From Patellaria atrata CBS 101060 (taxonomy: Eukaryota): a DNA stretch of 20,000 nucleotides. Location: NCBI GenBank assembly GCA_010093705.1, contig MU006092.1:1493341-1513340 (forward strand), given 5' to 3'. The notes beneath the pieces were generated by a model. That model saw nothing but the letters and a program-made list of their open reading frames with translations. It was not told the DNA's origin and did no database searches. Numbering within the stretch: the first letter of the stretch is position 1; each line of letters starts with the position of its first letter. The translations under genes and the position numbers were made by a program. Shown in pieces: positions 1 through 12,271 of this stretch.

Positions 1-268
1 GGTTTGGGTGGATGTTTGAGGGGTGGATAAACCGCTTTGTTAGAGGGGGGTGTTTGTTTGTGTTTGGAGGGGATGCTGATGATGAGAAAGGAGATAGCTG
101 GTAAGGAGGGGGAAGACAGTGAAGGTGTTGCGTTAGGAATTTCAAATTTCATATTCAGTATTTTCGACGTCAAAAAGGTAATTTTACAGAATGTTTTTTT
201 TTTCATTATTCTGTTCATCACTGAGAACTAAGCTGCATTGTCTTCATCATCTATCCCCTTCCCTTTCC

Positions 269-3200
269 TTAACCAACAACTCCAGGTAGTTTAACGAAAG
301 CTTCCCAGACGTCCTTATCGACATTAACAAGCCACTCATCTCTAAAGATCTGCTCCCCCCCAGCGGCAGCAATTCCAGCCCCCAGCGCCTCTCTCACAGC
401 CGCAATGACATTGACCGTATGCACGTGGTCGGAGTAGATCAGATCCCTCCGTCTCGCATCCTCCGGCGCTTCGGGGCTGGTGGTAGGGTCGGGAAGCTCG
501 GCGGCTGTGGGGCGGGACCAGACGAGGGAACTATGAGGACATTAGCTCTGGAATTCTTTCCTTTTCTGATTTTTTGAAGTGGAAGGAGAGAATGGGGGGG
601 ACATACTCTACTGACTTGTCGTCCGCTCCATCTGTCAGTTCAACAATAACATCCGTCCACACCGTACAAAAGTCCTGCAGTCTCCCCATTGCCCATGTCC
701 GGCCGAGCCCAAACAACCTCGTCAGTGCCAAACACATCAATTTCCTCCTCATAGGATCGGCGACGGCTTCAAAGTGATGAAACCACTCCGCTAGCAACCT
801 CTCCAACGGGAGTGTAGGGCTCTCATTAGTCCCTTGGACTAAGCTCTCCATAGCGTTCAAGAACGTGCTCGGACTCGCAAGCACAAGTCGCGAGATAACA
901 GAGAAGTAATCCGTCTCCACGATCCCGTTGATGGCGTCTGCGACTTTGTCGATGCCGGTATCTCGCAGTTGCCACTCCGCATATGCGCCCATGACGCCCA
1001 CAATCAGTTTGTGAATGACGCTGTTGTCTCTATATATCAGCATGTCTTGCGTTAGCAGATTAATAGCCCTTTCCCCGCCAATGGCGTCTGCGGTGCGAAT
1101 GATTAGCTCGAGAAGGTTGCAGACGATGCCGTTGGGCTCATTCTTGAGTGTGCCTAAGAGATCACCCAGACGGGTGAGAAGTTGCGAGCGGATGTCTTCG
1201 CCAAGAATGTAGGAAGGGGTGAGGAGGAGATAGGAGTCAGTGATTTCAAGGGCTTGGCGGAGATTTTCATTAGAATATTCAAAAAGTGAGAAGATCCGAG
1301 GGAAGATGGATATTAAGGCTTGTGAAGGAGGGGTTTCGGTCTGAGCAAGTATGGAATGCCATAAGTCCAGTGCATCCTCTTGAAGATAGACGTTAGTTTC
1401 CTATCAAAATCGTATTAGCCCCTGTGTGAAGATCAATCCTGGATATCTTGGTAGACTTACTGAGCCTGGTTCTATGGCACTGTGAATGATAGGTAACGCA
1501 AGATCATGGAAACGGCGTGATTCGGATTTCATCGCATTGATAAGACGAGTAAGGATTGTAAGAATAGCCGTCTTCATGAGATGCTGATCCCCAGATTGAT
1601 CCCATAGCGACGGTAAGAGAGACACGATAGCGTCAGCGAAAGGAGTAATCTAAAACTCATCAGTGATGTTCTTTCCAGATGATATTGCGGTAATATATGG
1701 ATACTCACATTGTGCTCCGCTCGCTCAACTATTACACTTATAGTATTGAGGATTGCCATTTTGGTATCAATCAGCTCCACTTCAAGTATCAAGTTCATCA
1801 AAGCCTCCAGGATGGTTTTGGCGAAAGGGGTAAATAGCTGCCATGCAAACTCCCACTCATTGGCGATGTGGGAGAAGTGTCTTCCGGCTGTTACCCGAAC
1901 AACAAGATCATTCAATGGGACATTCTTATCAAGAAGATATTGGAAAATCCGATACACTACCGGCCTGTTTGCTTCTGCGACCTTAATAGGGATCCATTGG
2001 CCAAGAAGAATTGCGATCCGTCTACGAAGGATGTTGTAGCCCGGTCTTTGAATCTGCACTTCTGGTACTAATGTTGCGGTGATGAATGTATCGAAATCGA
2101 GATGCTCGTGTATCACAGCAGCTGCTAGACCTACCGCAGAGTAGACTGATTCTTTGAGCTGGAGGTTGTTATTTTCCGGTGCTATTTGGAAATACATCAG
2201 TAATCTCCGCATTCATGAACTTCAGTTCGCAAGACAAAGAAAGTATTGGACGACGAGGAGAACCATATGATTACTTGCGATAATCGAAACGAGCAGTAGG
2301 ACGACAAGGTATGACGTGAAAACAGAGCGAGTAATAGGAGTATATGCACGCTTACATGCGACAGAGTAGAACACATTCTTTAGTGGTTCCATAATCAACT
2401 CTTTATAGTTTATAGCAACTTCCAGGAATACCTTCTCAGAGCATGCTTTTACCGAGAACTCATACTTTTCCGACTCGCCTTCTTCCTTGACTTCCCATTC
2501 CTCTGGCTCTTCTTGCCATTGAGCCAGATCAACCTGACGGATCACAAAGAATCGAGTCACTATTACTTCCATTATCTCAGTGAGAAATGAGGGTGTGAAC
2601 AACGAGTCCTTGATAAATTGAGTGGACTGCTTTTGCTCCTCCTTTTCATTTGCATGTCGGTATTTGAACGTTTGCGCTGGATTGAATATCATTTTGAAAC
2701 ATGCTCGCAGTATTAATAGGCCTTTTAGACTAAGTCGCGACTCAATTGGGCCTTGAGTCTCGTCAGTATCTCCATCACCTTCAATAATCTTTGAAGTATC
2801 AAGGGACTTTGAGCCAAAACTTTCCCCATATTTAGCGATGAGATTCCAGTAAGCTCGTACAAGATCTAGAGAGTCGGGAAGGAGCACAAAAGAAGCCGGA
2901 TGGGTCTGAGCCATAGTAAAATGAAGTTTAGCTAGCTGCATGAGATGCTTCTCCACCAAGTTTTGCACAAGAGGTGATAGAGGAGAATCTGGATGAGATA
3001 CGAAGCCCAGGAATTCGCCTAGATGGTTTCTGACATGAGGCCAGAATTCACGAATAGCATCTACACGATGGGGAAATTCGAACCCAGAGATTACGAGACG
3101 ACGAATCACCCTGATCGTGATCAAACTTTGGTCGATATCCTCTAGGGCTCCGCCCTCATCATCTCCTCCTTCGCGGAGGAACGTTTGCCATCTTTGAACT

Positions 3201-3907
3201 TTCTGGATGTAGATTTGGCCTAATATATGAAAGATTTCCGGCGCGATTGCTTGGAGATTCGCCCTTTGACGCTGTAATCGAGCTCGGGAAAGCTCTTTGA
3301 TTACATGGTGTAGTATAAGTAGGATTCGTGGTAGATGCAAGTGGTATGCACCACTTTCAATTGATGCACGAAGACGGTTGACCACTTGTTCGATTGCATC
3401 CGGCCTGAAAACTGTCAGTTGCTCCTCCTTAGGTGGGATTCTAACTTACCATGCCGTGGGATAGTCAATTCTGACGACCTTGCCGATGATCAACGCATTT
3501 TGGAGAGCAAGCCGGCGGTCAGCCTCATTCAAACCACTGTCTATCAGCCGCGATCGAATGATATCCTTCTCATCCTTGTTCACAATGGAGCGACTGCCTC
3601 TCCAGAACGTGTCGATCCCGTTCTTTAGTTGAATGATAGCAAGATATCGAACCTCTACGGGAAGATATTTCTCCTGAAATACGGCCTAAGTTCAGTTAAA
3701 ATCTGTTCAACACAGAGATGAACCGTAACTTGTTACCTGAAGGAGAGTATGAAAACCAGATTTGTTTCGCCAATTATCCAGCTGTGTCGTGCCATGCCGG
3801 ACCTGATCTGCATTAGTGGACGCTGAAGATCGTAAAATTTGAATTAATATCCCTTCTGTTAGGGGGTTTGCGGCAGCTGGAAGCTCGACAACAGAGTCTG
3901 TCTCCAT
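269..3907 (-). CDS. KAP120: Importin-11 / Kap120-like importin-beta family nuclear import receptor, 7 exons, 1057 aa
   Basis: Manually spliced exons (minus strand): 3907-3737, 3685-3450, 3404-2356, 2181-1709, 1649-1461, 1400-607, 530-269. All six introns are GT..AG (51, 45, 174, 59, 60, 76 nt), most with clear CTRAY branch points. The 3174-nt total stays in frame to TAA at 271-269. Family motifs: VRYLAIIQLKNGIDTFWR (IBN_N), RIDYPTAWPDAI, WQEEPEEWE, LKESVYSAVGLAA, ILRRRIAILLGQW, YLQEDALDLW, RRKLMCLALTRL, C-terminal WLVNVDKDV. Confidence 0.93.
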
Positions 3908-4502
3908 CGTAACAGATGCTCTTACGTAGCTAACTCGATATTTTGTTGATGACGCCGTAGGCTTTACGGCAAATTAATCATGAGTAAGCGAAATCTAAGT
4001 TTGGAGTTATCATAAGTCATGAGATGATCATTCATTCACATCATAACTCTCTATTTAGCTCTGATGGACGCATCAAATGCTGTTGCTCTGCGTATCCATT
4101 CCAAAAGATGCAAATATTACTCGTGGAGCAAGCCGTAGGCGCAAAATATCTTACAGTCACGGAGTTTCTTCGGGAGATGTAGAAACTAAGGTATCTATTT
4201 GCGAGGTGCAGAGTAGAAAGAGAGTTTTCATCTTTCTCATCTGGCATTCTCCAACTTCAGTCGCCAAGTCATATGAGACCCATCAATCATTATTTAGAAC
4301 TCTAGATGACCATTTCTTAGAATTCGTCAATACTGGCGTGACGGGCTATCAATGCATCTTAAGAACCAGCTTCCCTCTAGCTCGTCTTTAACCTCGGTTC
4401 ATGAACTACACGAATAAATCGCGAGGCATGAGATGAGCCCTTCTTCTAACATAAAAGTACGATGCGCCTGGCTCAGCATCTCCATATCATAGTAACACAA
4501 TC
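3908..4502. promoter_or_regulatory. Divergent (possibly bidirectional) promoter region shared by KAP120 and PEX2
   Basis: 595 bp separate two outward-facing start codons. Confidence 0.7.
4392..4397 (+). promoter_or_regulatory. CCTCGG motif, candidate FarA/FarB (Ctf1-type Zn2Cys6) fatty-acid response element
   Basis: Exact CCTCGG about 105 bp upstream of the PEX2 ATG. This hexamer is the known FarA/FarB site upstream of peroxisomal and fatty-acid genes in Aspergillus and related fungi. A single 6-mer can also occur by chance. Confidence 0.5.
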
Positions 4503-6085
4503 ATGCCTTCTTCTGCCGACTTTGCTCTCGCTCAGGAACGCCTAGCTGCTCGAAGACAAGCACGTGAAGCCTTCGCTCGCGCCGCCGTAGATGCTCAGCG
4601 CGCATCCCACGCTCACTCGGAAGCTCTCTCCCGGCTACCATATCCTCTAAATACTATCAGCGCTGCCTCTCTCCGGACATGGGATAGTATTTCTGGACGT
4701 ACGGGAACGAGACCTGCCTTTCGTGTCGGACAGGTGGACGCGGAGTTATTGGATGAAGAGTTACTGAGTCTCCTCAAAACTCAAGTCGGTGAAGGCCTCA
4801 AATACTATGGAAGTCATCTCCAGGACGAATGGAGTACGGAGATCCTGCTGGTGCTGAGAGCCATGCTCTGGAAACTCAGTATATGGGATCATGACGCGAG
4901 TTACGGTGCAAGTCTCCAGGGGTTGAGATATACAGACGCAAGAGGAGAGGCCAGGAGTAGAGGAAGGGAGAGACCGAAGCCTACGAAGTGGCAAAAAGGA
5001 CTGTATGGATTATTTAGTGTGGGAGGAAGATACACATGGAAGAAGTGGGAAGACTGGTTGGTGGAGAAAGAGGGAGGTTACGAAGAGGTATTGGGACGCC
5101 CACAAACTGCTTCTTACGAGCCAATTACTAACTCATGATATCTGTATAGCCCACACCACTCGTAGAACGCTTGTCCCGCATCACCCAATTCCTCACAACC
5201 GCGCATTCTATAGGTGCTTTCGTCTCCTTCCTCGTATTTTTAACCAATGGCCGCTATCGTACCCTGCTCGATCGCTTCCTACGTCTCCGCCTCACACCCA
5301 CATCCTCAAAACTATCCCGAGAAGTATCTTTCGAATACCTAAATCGTCAGCTCGTCTGGCACGCTTTTACCGAATTTCTACTATTCCTGTTACCTTTAGT
5401 TGGCATATCAAGATGGAGAAGGATATTATCAAGGACATGGCGGAAAATACGAAGATTCATTTTCAATAGAAAGAAGGCAGATGACGACGACGAAGATGTG
5501 AGAAAAGGGGGAGAGCTTGGTTTCCTTCCCGAACGCACATGCGCTATATGCTATTCCGGCCAAAACCCAACCACAGTATCGGAAACTTCAATTTTGGCTG
5601 CATCAGCAGGAGGAGGCGGCGTAATTGGCTCAGCGCAAACAGATATCACGAATCCTTACGAAGCGATACCCTGTGGCGACCTCTACTGTTTCGCCTGTAT
5701 AGCTCAGAAGATTGAGGCAGAAGAAGGTGAAGGATGGACGTGCCTAAGATGTGGCGATATCGTGAAGGAATGCAAACCATGGCATGGCGATGTCGTCGAG
5801 GAAGTTGAAAGACCACCTAGTAATGGAAAGAGTGTGGGGTTCGCGGATGAGAAGACGGAAAGCGATACACCTGAGATGAGGGATGTGGAACCCATTCCAG
5901 AACCGGATGATGCGACCTTAGAGGTTAATAAGAGTGTTTTGAGAAGAGTCGAAGCAGAAACGCCTGCTGGGAAGACGATGGAAGAGTCGGAATGGTCAAG
6001 GGCTGATCCATCCGACTCTGACGAGCAGAGTGAGGAATACGATGAAGAAGAGGAAGAATTGGCTGATTTTGAAGCGGCGCAGTAG
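4503..6085 (+). CDS. PEX2: Peroxin 2 (peroxisomal RING-finger ubiquitin ligase subunit, Pex2/Pex12 N-terminal domain plus C-terminal RING), 2 exons, 506 aa
   Basis: Exons 4503-5087 and 5150-6085. The 62-nt intron 5088-5149 (GTATTG...CTAAC...TAG) joins ORFs 4503+ and 5171+ in frame. Motifs RVGQVDAELLDEEL, SYGASLQGLRY, FLVFLTNGRYRTLLDR, REVSFEYLNRQLVWHAFTEFLLFLLP, LPERTCAIC...TNPYEAIPCGDLYCFAC...CLRC are typical of fungal Pex2; acidic C-terminal tail. Confidence 0.95.
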
Positions 6086-9000
6086 AGTTTAGTAACATAC
6101 TCAAAATGATCCTAGAACTGTACAACAGCATAATGAATGTCGTTCAGTCTAACATGCTGCGATATATAATTAACATGTGCGATTGAGGACAGCATCATTG
6201 GAGGCATCTGATCGCTCTCCAATACGAGTTACAACACTTTTCACATGGCACTTCAGAAACTCCCCAGTTCTCCTCTCTTCCTCGATACTTCCGGAAGACA
6301 ACGATATCGAGTGGGATGGCATAGGAGTCAAGAATAAATCATTTTGTCCCTAAGGCTTGTCCCTACCTACCAAATTGTTTCTGAGTTACATCCTCGAGCT
6401 AGAGTTCTATCCTCACACTTTCTTCGATTCCAAACATAGATCTACAAGGTGATGGGCATCATCAATATCGCATATTGCAGGTTTTTATTCGCATTTGATG
6501 TTGCTACTTAGTTTCATTCCACTCAAGGCCTAGAGTAATCCGACGGACCAAGGTGAACATTTCCTCACGCACTCAAACCCTTTTTTAAGTACTTTCCGAT
6601 CCTAACGCACAAGAAATCGTCGGTGGATGAACAACTCCCTTATCATAATGGAGTCTGATTTTCTCTATGACTCTGCGGTTTCGACATGTCTGCAGTTGAT
6701 AGCTTCCTGTGGTGGGTCGATTGAGACTTGTTCGTTAGAAAAGAGCTATCTATGTCCAAAGTAGACATCCCTACGATTCCCACAACTCATTAGTACGGGT
6801 TCACACGAATTATTTGTTTCGCGTAGGCATTAGTCATTTGTTCCAGATTTCGGCAAGATGTGGGACTCGAGATTCGATAGGTAGCATGATAATTTGAGCT
6901 CAAGTTCTCTATCATGTGCTCCTAAGCACCCTTCTCGCTCCGATATATAAGCCTAATCTACATTATGCTTCCTCTTCTTCTTCAAGCAATCTTTTCCTCT
7001 ACATAGGATAACCGGTAACCAAAATCGTTTTCGCCCTGACATATGGAGCTCGCGGACGGCTTCAAGATACCAGCAATTGTCATCGGGCATAGTTGTGACG
7101 ATAAGGCTACCAGCTTAGATTTCAAGGGATTCCTTGCATTTTGATGTTGGGACGTCGGTTCATGTCTCCCCTTCACTCCTGACGACTACGTTTCTCATGA
7201 CTCCCCAGATGACAGGAGAAAGACCGAGAATAGTGATGCTCTTCAACCTGAAGCATCAATGGTATTCACCATCATTATCAGAGACGACATCCGTCGGTGT
7301 TCCGTTCCTAATGTTCATGGGTTTCAAGGCCGCGGGCCACAGTTCTCTCCAGCCAACAATGGCGCGAACAGACTGTTCCGAACGCTCGCAGGCTTTATGG
7401 AGCGTAATTTCAATGTTAATGAAATCGGAACTCAACCACCAGAAGTTATATATATCGGACTGGTGAGGCGGTAAGGAGAGAGTAGAATATGACCTATCAG
7501 TCTGAAGAACCTGCATGAATCAGCGCATGATTCCTTTCATGTCTTCTGGTTTTGTCATGCGGAAGAGTGCCGGTTCATATATTCATTCCAACACCTTTAT
7601 CTGCAAATATACGGTATCACAGCTCACACTTCCTCACTTTTTTTTCCCTTTTCCGAATCAAGTTGTAACACTATTGGCAAGATCCGGATGGCGGTGAAGT
7701 TGATTTCTGGTTGACGACTTCATTGGTGGATCTGTGTCCCTTATTAGATACAGATGCTGTTGGTGGTTGACATTTCCCGGCATGGCATCCAGGTATTACT
7801 GCGTTTCTTTTCTCTACCTCACTTTTACGGAATTTGTCTCACTGATAATCATCAGTGCAGATGAATAATAATAGGGATGAGCATCATATCGTGATACTAA
7901 GAATGAGTCAACATGAGGTCCCGCATCTAGGATGCCCAATTATTGAAACCCGAATGTAATTCCAGATGGAAGAACAAGGAGCAAATGAGTTTACTTGGGG
8001 CTCCGCAACCCCTAGTGCCCGTTCAGAGTCCCTGGTATCCAACACAACAATTTGAATCATTGCGTCTGGAAAATTAGTATTCATTTTTCCTCTTTTCCAC
8101 CCTCGCCTTGAGAGGTTGTTAGAAACCAAACTCAAGGCAAGGGGATTAAGACCTATTCAAGCTCGTCCTAGGAAGCGGAGTCATTGGAAAGATGATCATT
8201 CTTGTCATGTGTTTCTGCGAAGTGCGGTATTAGTCATATTTTCCAGAATATCCGCAATATATCATGCGTTCTTACTGCATACGCGGTTACATCAACCGTT
8301 TCACTTCTATTGATTCGAGACCAATTGTCCAGTAGCAAAGCTAGTTTCCCATTTCCTAAATCTTAACGAATAAACTTGGTTCCTAAGAAGAAGCTACAGA
8401 ATGGATTCATACACTTTCTACATTCGATTGGGACCGCTGAAGGGTCAGTTAAGGACCCATTTTGTTTCTTCTATTGCCGTATCATCTTGCTATATCCCCT
8501 TAACGTGGTATATAGATTATTTGCTCTCAAATACTCTAGAACATCAGTTGGTATAACGTGCAAGATGCCGTCACTTAAGATTCCTGATGGTGAAGTACAT
8601 ATGAGTCAGTTCCTATTGCCCTTCATCGTTCCCTGGTCTCAAATGCTTTTTGCCATTAGTAGCCAACTTGTATACAATTCGACTTCCTGGGACCTGGGTC
8701 AAGGCCGCCCGCCAGTTAGTTCTGATAAGGAGGACCACATCAGTTGCGTGTGGGAAAGAAGAACATTGGCATTCCACCCTTTCACGCCTTTGCAATGCAG
8801 GAGAGGTTCAAACTACTTGGGGAGAATTCAGAAAGATATTTTTACCCCATATTTCAGTATAGTCTCAAAGTCTTGGGAAAATCACTCTCATTAGGCCTCA
8901 TAACCACGTCATACCTGCAGCTGCTTATGTCTATCTAACTGACCACGGATCAGAATAACGTCCGCTGAATGGCCCCCTGAATAGTTCATGCGGCAACGGA

Positions 9001-9991
9001 CAACCGTCAAGGTCTTGTATGCTACTGTACAGGATTGTCTTTGGATCAGCTCTTTAAACTCCATCTTGCAAAGGACGTGGAACGATAGTCTTGATTTAGC
9101 AGACAAATTCGGAAGGAGCAAATGAATTTCACCAGTCCAATTGTGCTTTTCTTTTTGGAGTTTCTCCGACAACTACTGCTCGTTACCGCACAATCGCTTT
9201 CTATAGGCGGTATGTCACCATCGAATGTTAACTGCGGCGCTCCCAATAGTTACCTACAGATGGTGATGGAAACCGCCTGCGTCACTTCTCGCTGACCGTC
9301 GGCATTGTACGGTATCCAATTGTCAACCCGAATTGGATTTCAGAACTCCCATGCCTGGGACGAACTATTCAGAACCTCAAATCAACTCCACGAGGCAAAT
9401 ATCAACGGAACGGTGTGTCCCTAAAATCACGTTTCATTTCCGCCAACAAACCAAAACCTAGCATCAAAGACTGAACATGTCGAAAACTGAACATGGAAGT
9501 GGTGGCAGATATTATATTCTTGTAAAAGGGTCAAATTCATGCTATTGACATCAATCTGCAGCTTCTCATTCTGCGCCGGGTGACTCAATAAGTGTCCTTA
9601 TCTCGGAATAATCCATAAAAGGGGTCATACGTGACCATTTCACTCTGCGTATGAGGTCCCGTGCTCCTATGTCCTGATTTCTCTCCTTCAACTATAGAAT
9701 TTAGACTCTCTTAAAATCAAATCAACTTACAATCTGGTGGAAGTTACTATGACAACTCTTATTAGTGTCTCTTTATAAATTTCCAGATATGGAAAGGCTT
9801 GCGTGATCCGGCTTCGAGCTGGAGAACTATGCATTTGGGCGGCTGCGTGGTCGAGTGAGTTGGCCCATTGGGAAGGGTCTCTCTAAATAAATAAAGTGTT
9901 GGGATGGTCTGAGGAAGACCTTTTCTTGAAAGTAAAAGGGGGAAGTACCGGAACAATCATAGTGAACACCACTATCACTTCGTTGCAGTGA

Positions 9992-10060
9992 ATTACCCCT
10001 GAATATACCATTCCCCCTGGTTATACCATTACCCCTGAATATATCATTACCACTGAATTT
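9992..10060. repeat. 18-bp minisatellite, about 3.8 copies
   Basis: attacccctgaatatacc / attccccctggttatacc / attacccctgaatatatc / attaccactgaattt. Confidence 0.85.
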
Positions 10061-12235
10061 GTCACAACGCGCTCGATAATCATGAAGTCATGAACGTGGT
10101 TTAGGCCTCTCCCACTACTATATAAAACCGAGACTTGTCGACAATTTCCACCTCTTCTTGCATGAGTAGTATTATTCTTCTTGTCTTGGTTGAGAAGTAT
10201 CATTGGGTTGAAAGACGCATTGATTTCAGACATGGAAAGATATTGTCTTCAAATTGTAGGCACAGCAACCACGGGCCACTGTGGTGTGGAAAAGTCGAAA
10301 GACCGGTGGCAGACTACTCTTCTGTGCGCTGTGGTGGTATAAGAAACCAAAATTTCCTCGAAGTTTCGGAGACAGGATAGAAGGAAGTTAGCAGTGCTTT
10401 AGAGCATTACCACTTCACTATGATGAAGATCACTGAAGGATTACACACTAGTATAAATCCTCGTCTATTTGGTTGAAGATAAGCTCTCAGAGATCCCAGA
10501 GTAGCAATAGTGAGCCCAAAGTTTGTTGTAACCCAGCAATCGGCCGCAAAGTTTGGCTTTCAAAACTCACCCACGGAATATCCCTATTCTGTGGATCTTC
10601 AATCTGAAGCTTTCTACGGCTGAAGACTGAGGTGTAATTGAAGCATCATCTTTATAGAAGAAGACTACAGGCGGTCTCATGCTTCCCATAGTCATGCCTC
10701 TTACTATGGCCCGCAGTGTCGTAATATCATATCCCATGAATAAGCCATACGGTACCTGATATATCTTTCAACATTAGAAGTTTAAATTCTCTCCGCTAAT
10801 ATAAATTCACCTCACTTACCTCCCTTCCATCTTCTTCTCGAATCGGGATTAGGATCTTTGGGAAGTTTGAGCTTGAAGGTGATAGACAAGATTACCGCAC
10901 GTTCCAGGACTGCCCTTACTGCGGCTCTTTCCACATTTGTGGTCCGGGCCACGCGGACAACATCATACTCATTGCCTTGCTCTCTGAAGAGCATATTTGA
11001 AAGACCTGGCTTTGAAACCGGGTAAGAAGAGACATGGGGAGCAGGCAGTGATGAATAATAACAATTTTCCTTCAAAATACGCCTGGGTAGATGGTAAACA
11101 TCATCATCAATCCGGCGACGAATGGCCGTATTTCTTACTAAAGGTCCAAAATGGTTATCACAAACCGCAGAGACAATTTAATTTCACGAACTGATTGGTC
11201 AGATCCAATTACAACCACACAGGCTCTACCAAGCGTCCCAATTGAGAAGCTGTGCGCTATGATGCTGGAGTTGAGGGTTGAGTCTTCGGTGGAGGAAGCA
11301 GGTCTATATGTTGTAGAACTCCTCATGCCTAATATGTCACACCATCTTCCTCAAATGACTTATGACCTCTACCTCTTACCTTATGCTGCAATTCCTGAGC
11401 AATATGGTCATATTCACTTAATAATGACAGAGATACCCCATTGAACATAGAACGCAGCAGCTGACTTACTTCAGTGGTTCTCTCTTTCAACTATATAGAT
11501 CACTGTATGATCGCCCTCTTCTACTTCTTCTCCCGATCAGAAGCAGAGGATTGAGACAAGGATAAAGATGTCATGAAGGACATTGACTGAAATTGACAAT
11601 CACAGTCAAGCAATTCTCTGCTTTGAGCGGGTCAAATGGGCCGTAAATATCAATACTTATCGGGGTCTACGAACATTCGAGAGAATGAGTTGGACGTGTG
11701 TAATAGGTGATTAAGAGTTTATTGTCCTGCAATGGAATGTTCCTTATACAATACCCTATTGAGTGTCTCTCTCTTTAAAATAACACTTAGAATTTTCTCA
11801 TGGTTTCTTCCTAGAAAAATCAAGACATATTTGGACGGTTCAAGTTTTATATATAGCCTGGTGTCTCTCACATATTATGCGGTGTCGGTTGATGACGTTC
11901 ATTTTATCGCCTTCGCTTGTGACTTTATATGGGAGAAACATCACAACATCAGTCGAACAAGTTCAGGGATTAATGGAGGATGATGAAAAGATTCATTACT
12001 CTCTATACTGAAGACTATTCGCGTGATTGAATGATGGCATACTTCACTACCAATCGAGATTAATGTCCCATTCTAATGTACAATACTGTAGTATCACCGC
12101 AGCTAAATCACTTGATGCTTTCTGTTCGTTCCAGCGAACACTGTGGTAAAACCCGGAGGTACATCTACAAGTTAATTTCCATTGCTATACAATGTAAGTC
12201 ATGTTTCCCAATGGAAATGGGAACTCACGCTGTTC

Positions 12236-12271
12236 TCCTCAGAACTTCTCCGTTGCAATAAGTTCTGAGGA
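12236..12271. repeat. Perfect 12-bp inverted repeat with 12-nt spacer
   Basis: TCCTCAGAACTT (12236-12247) and AAGTTCTGAGGA (12260-12271). Confidence 0.85.

Noticed and set aside
1..231. ORF 37-231 (+) and an open minus frame from ATG 152 to the window edge
   Set aside because: Low-complexity G/T-rich sequence just downstream of the KAP120 stop with no recognisable motif; cannot be judged at the window edge.
574..3628. Plus-strand ORFs overlapping KAP120 (574, 1015, 1710, 1868, 3386)
   Set aside because: Antisense shadows of the real gene.
4041..4391. Short ORFs in the divergent promoter
   Set aside because: No homology-like features, and little room for a third gene.
4761..6131. Alternative-frame and antisense ORFs over PEX2 (4761, 5005, 5347, 5704, 5925)
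   Set aside because: Shadows of the PEX2 coding sequence.
7600..7700. Minus-strand SCQ*CYNLIRKREKKVRKC resembling a Zn2Cys6 start
   Set aside because: Cys spacing is wrong (13 rather than 6) and the second half of the cluster is absent.
8376..8894. 172-aa ORF
   Set aside because: TTG start, atypical composition and no recognisable domain.
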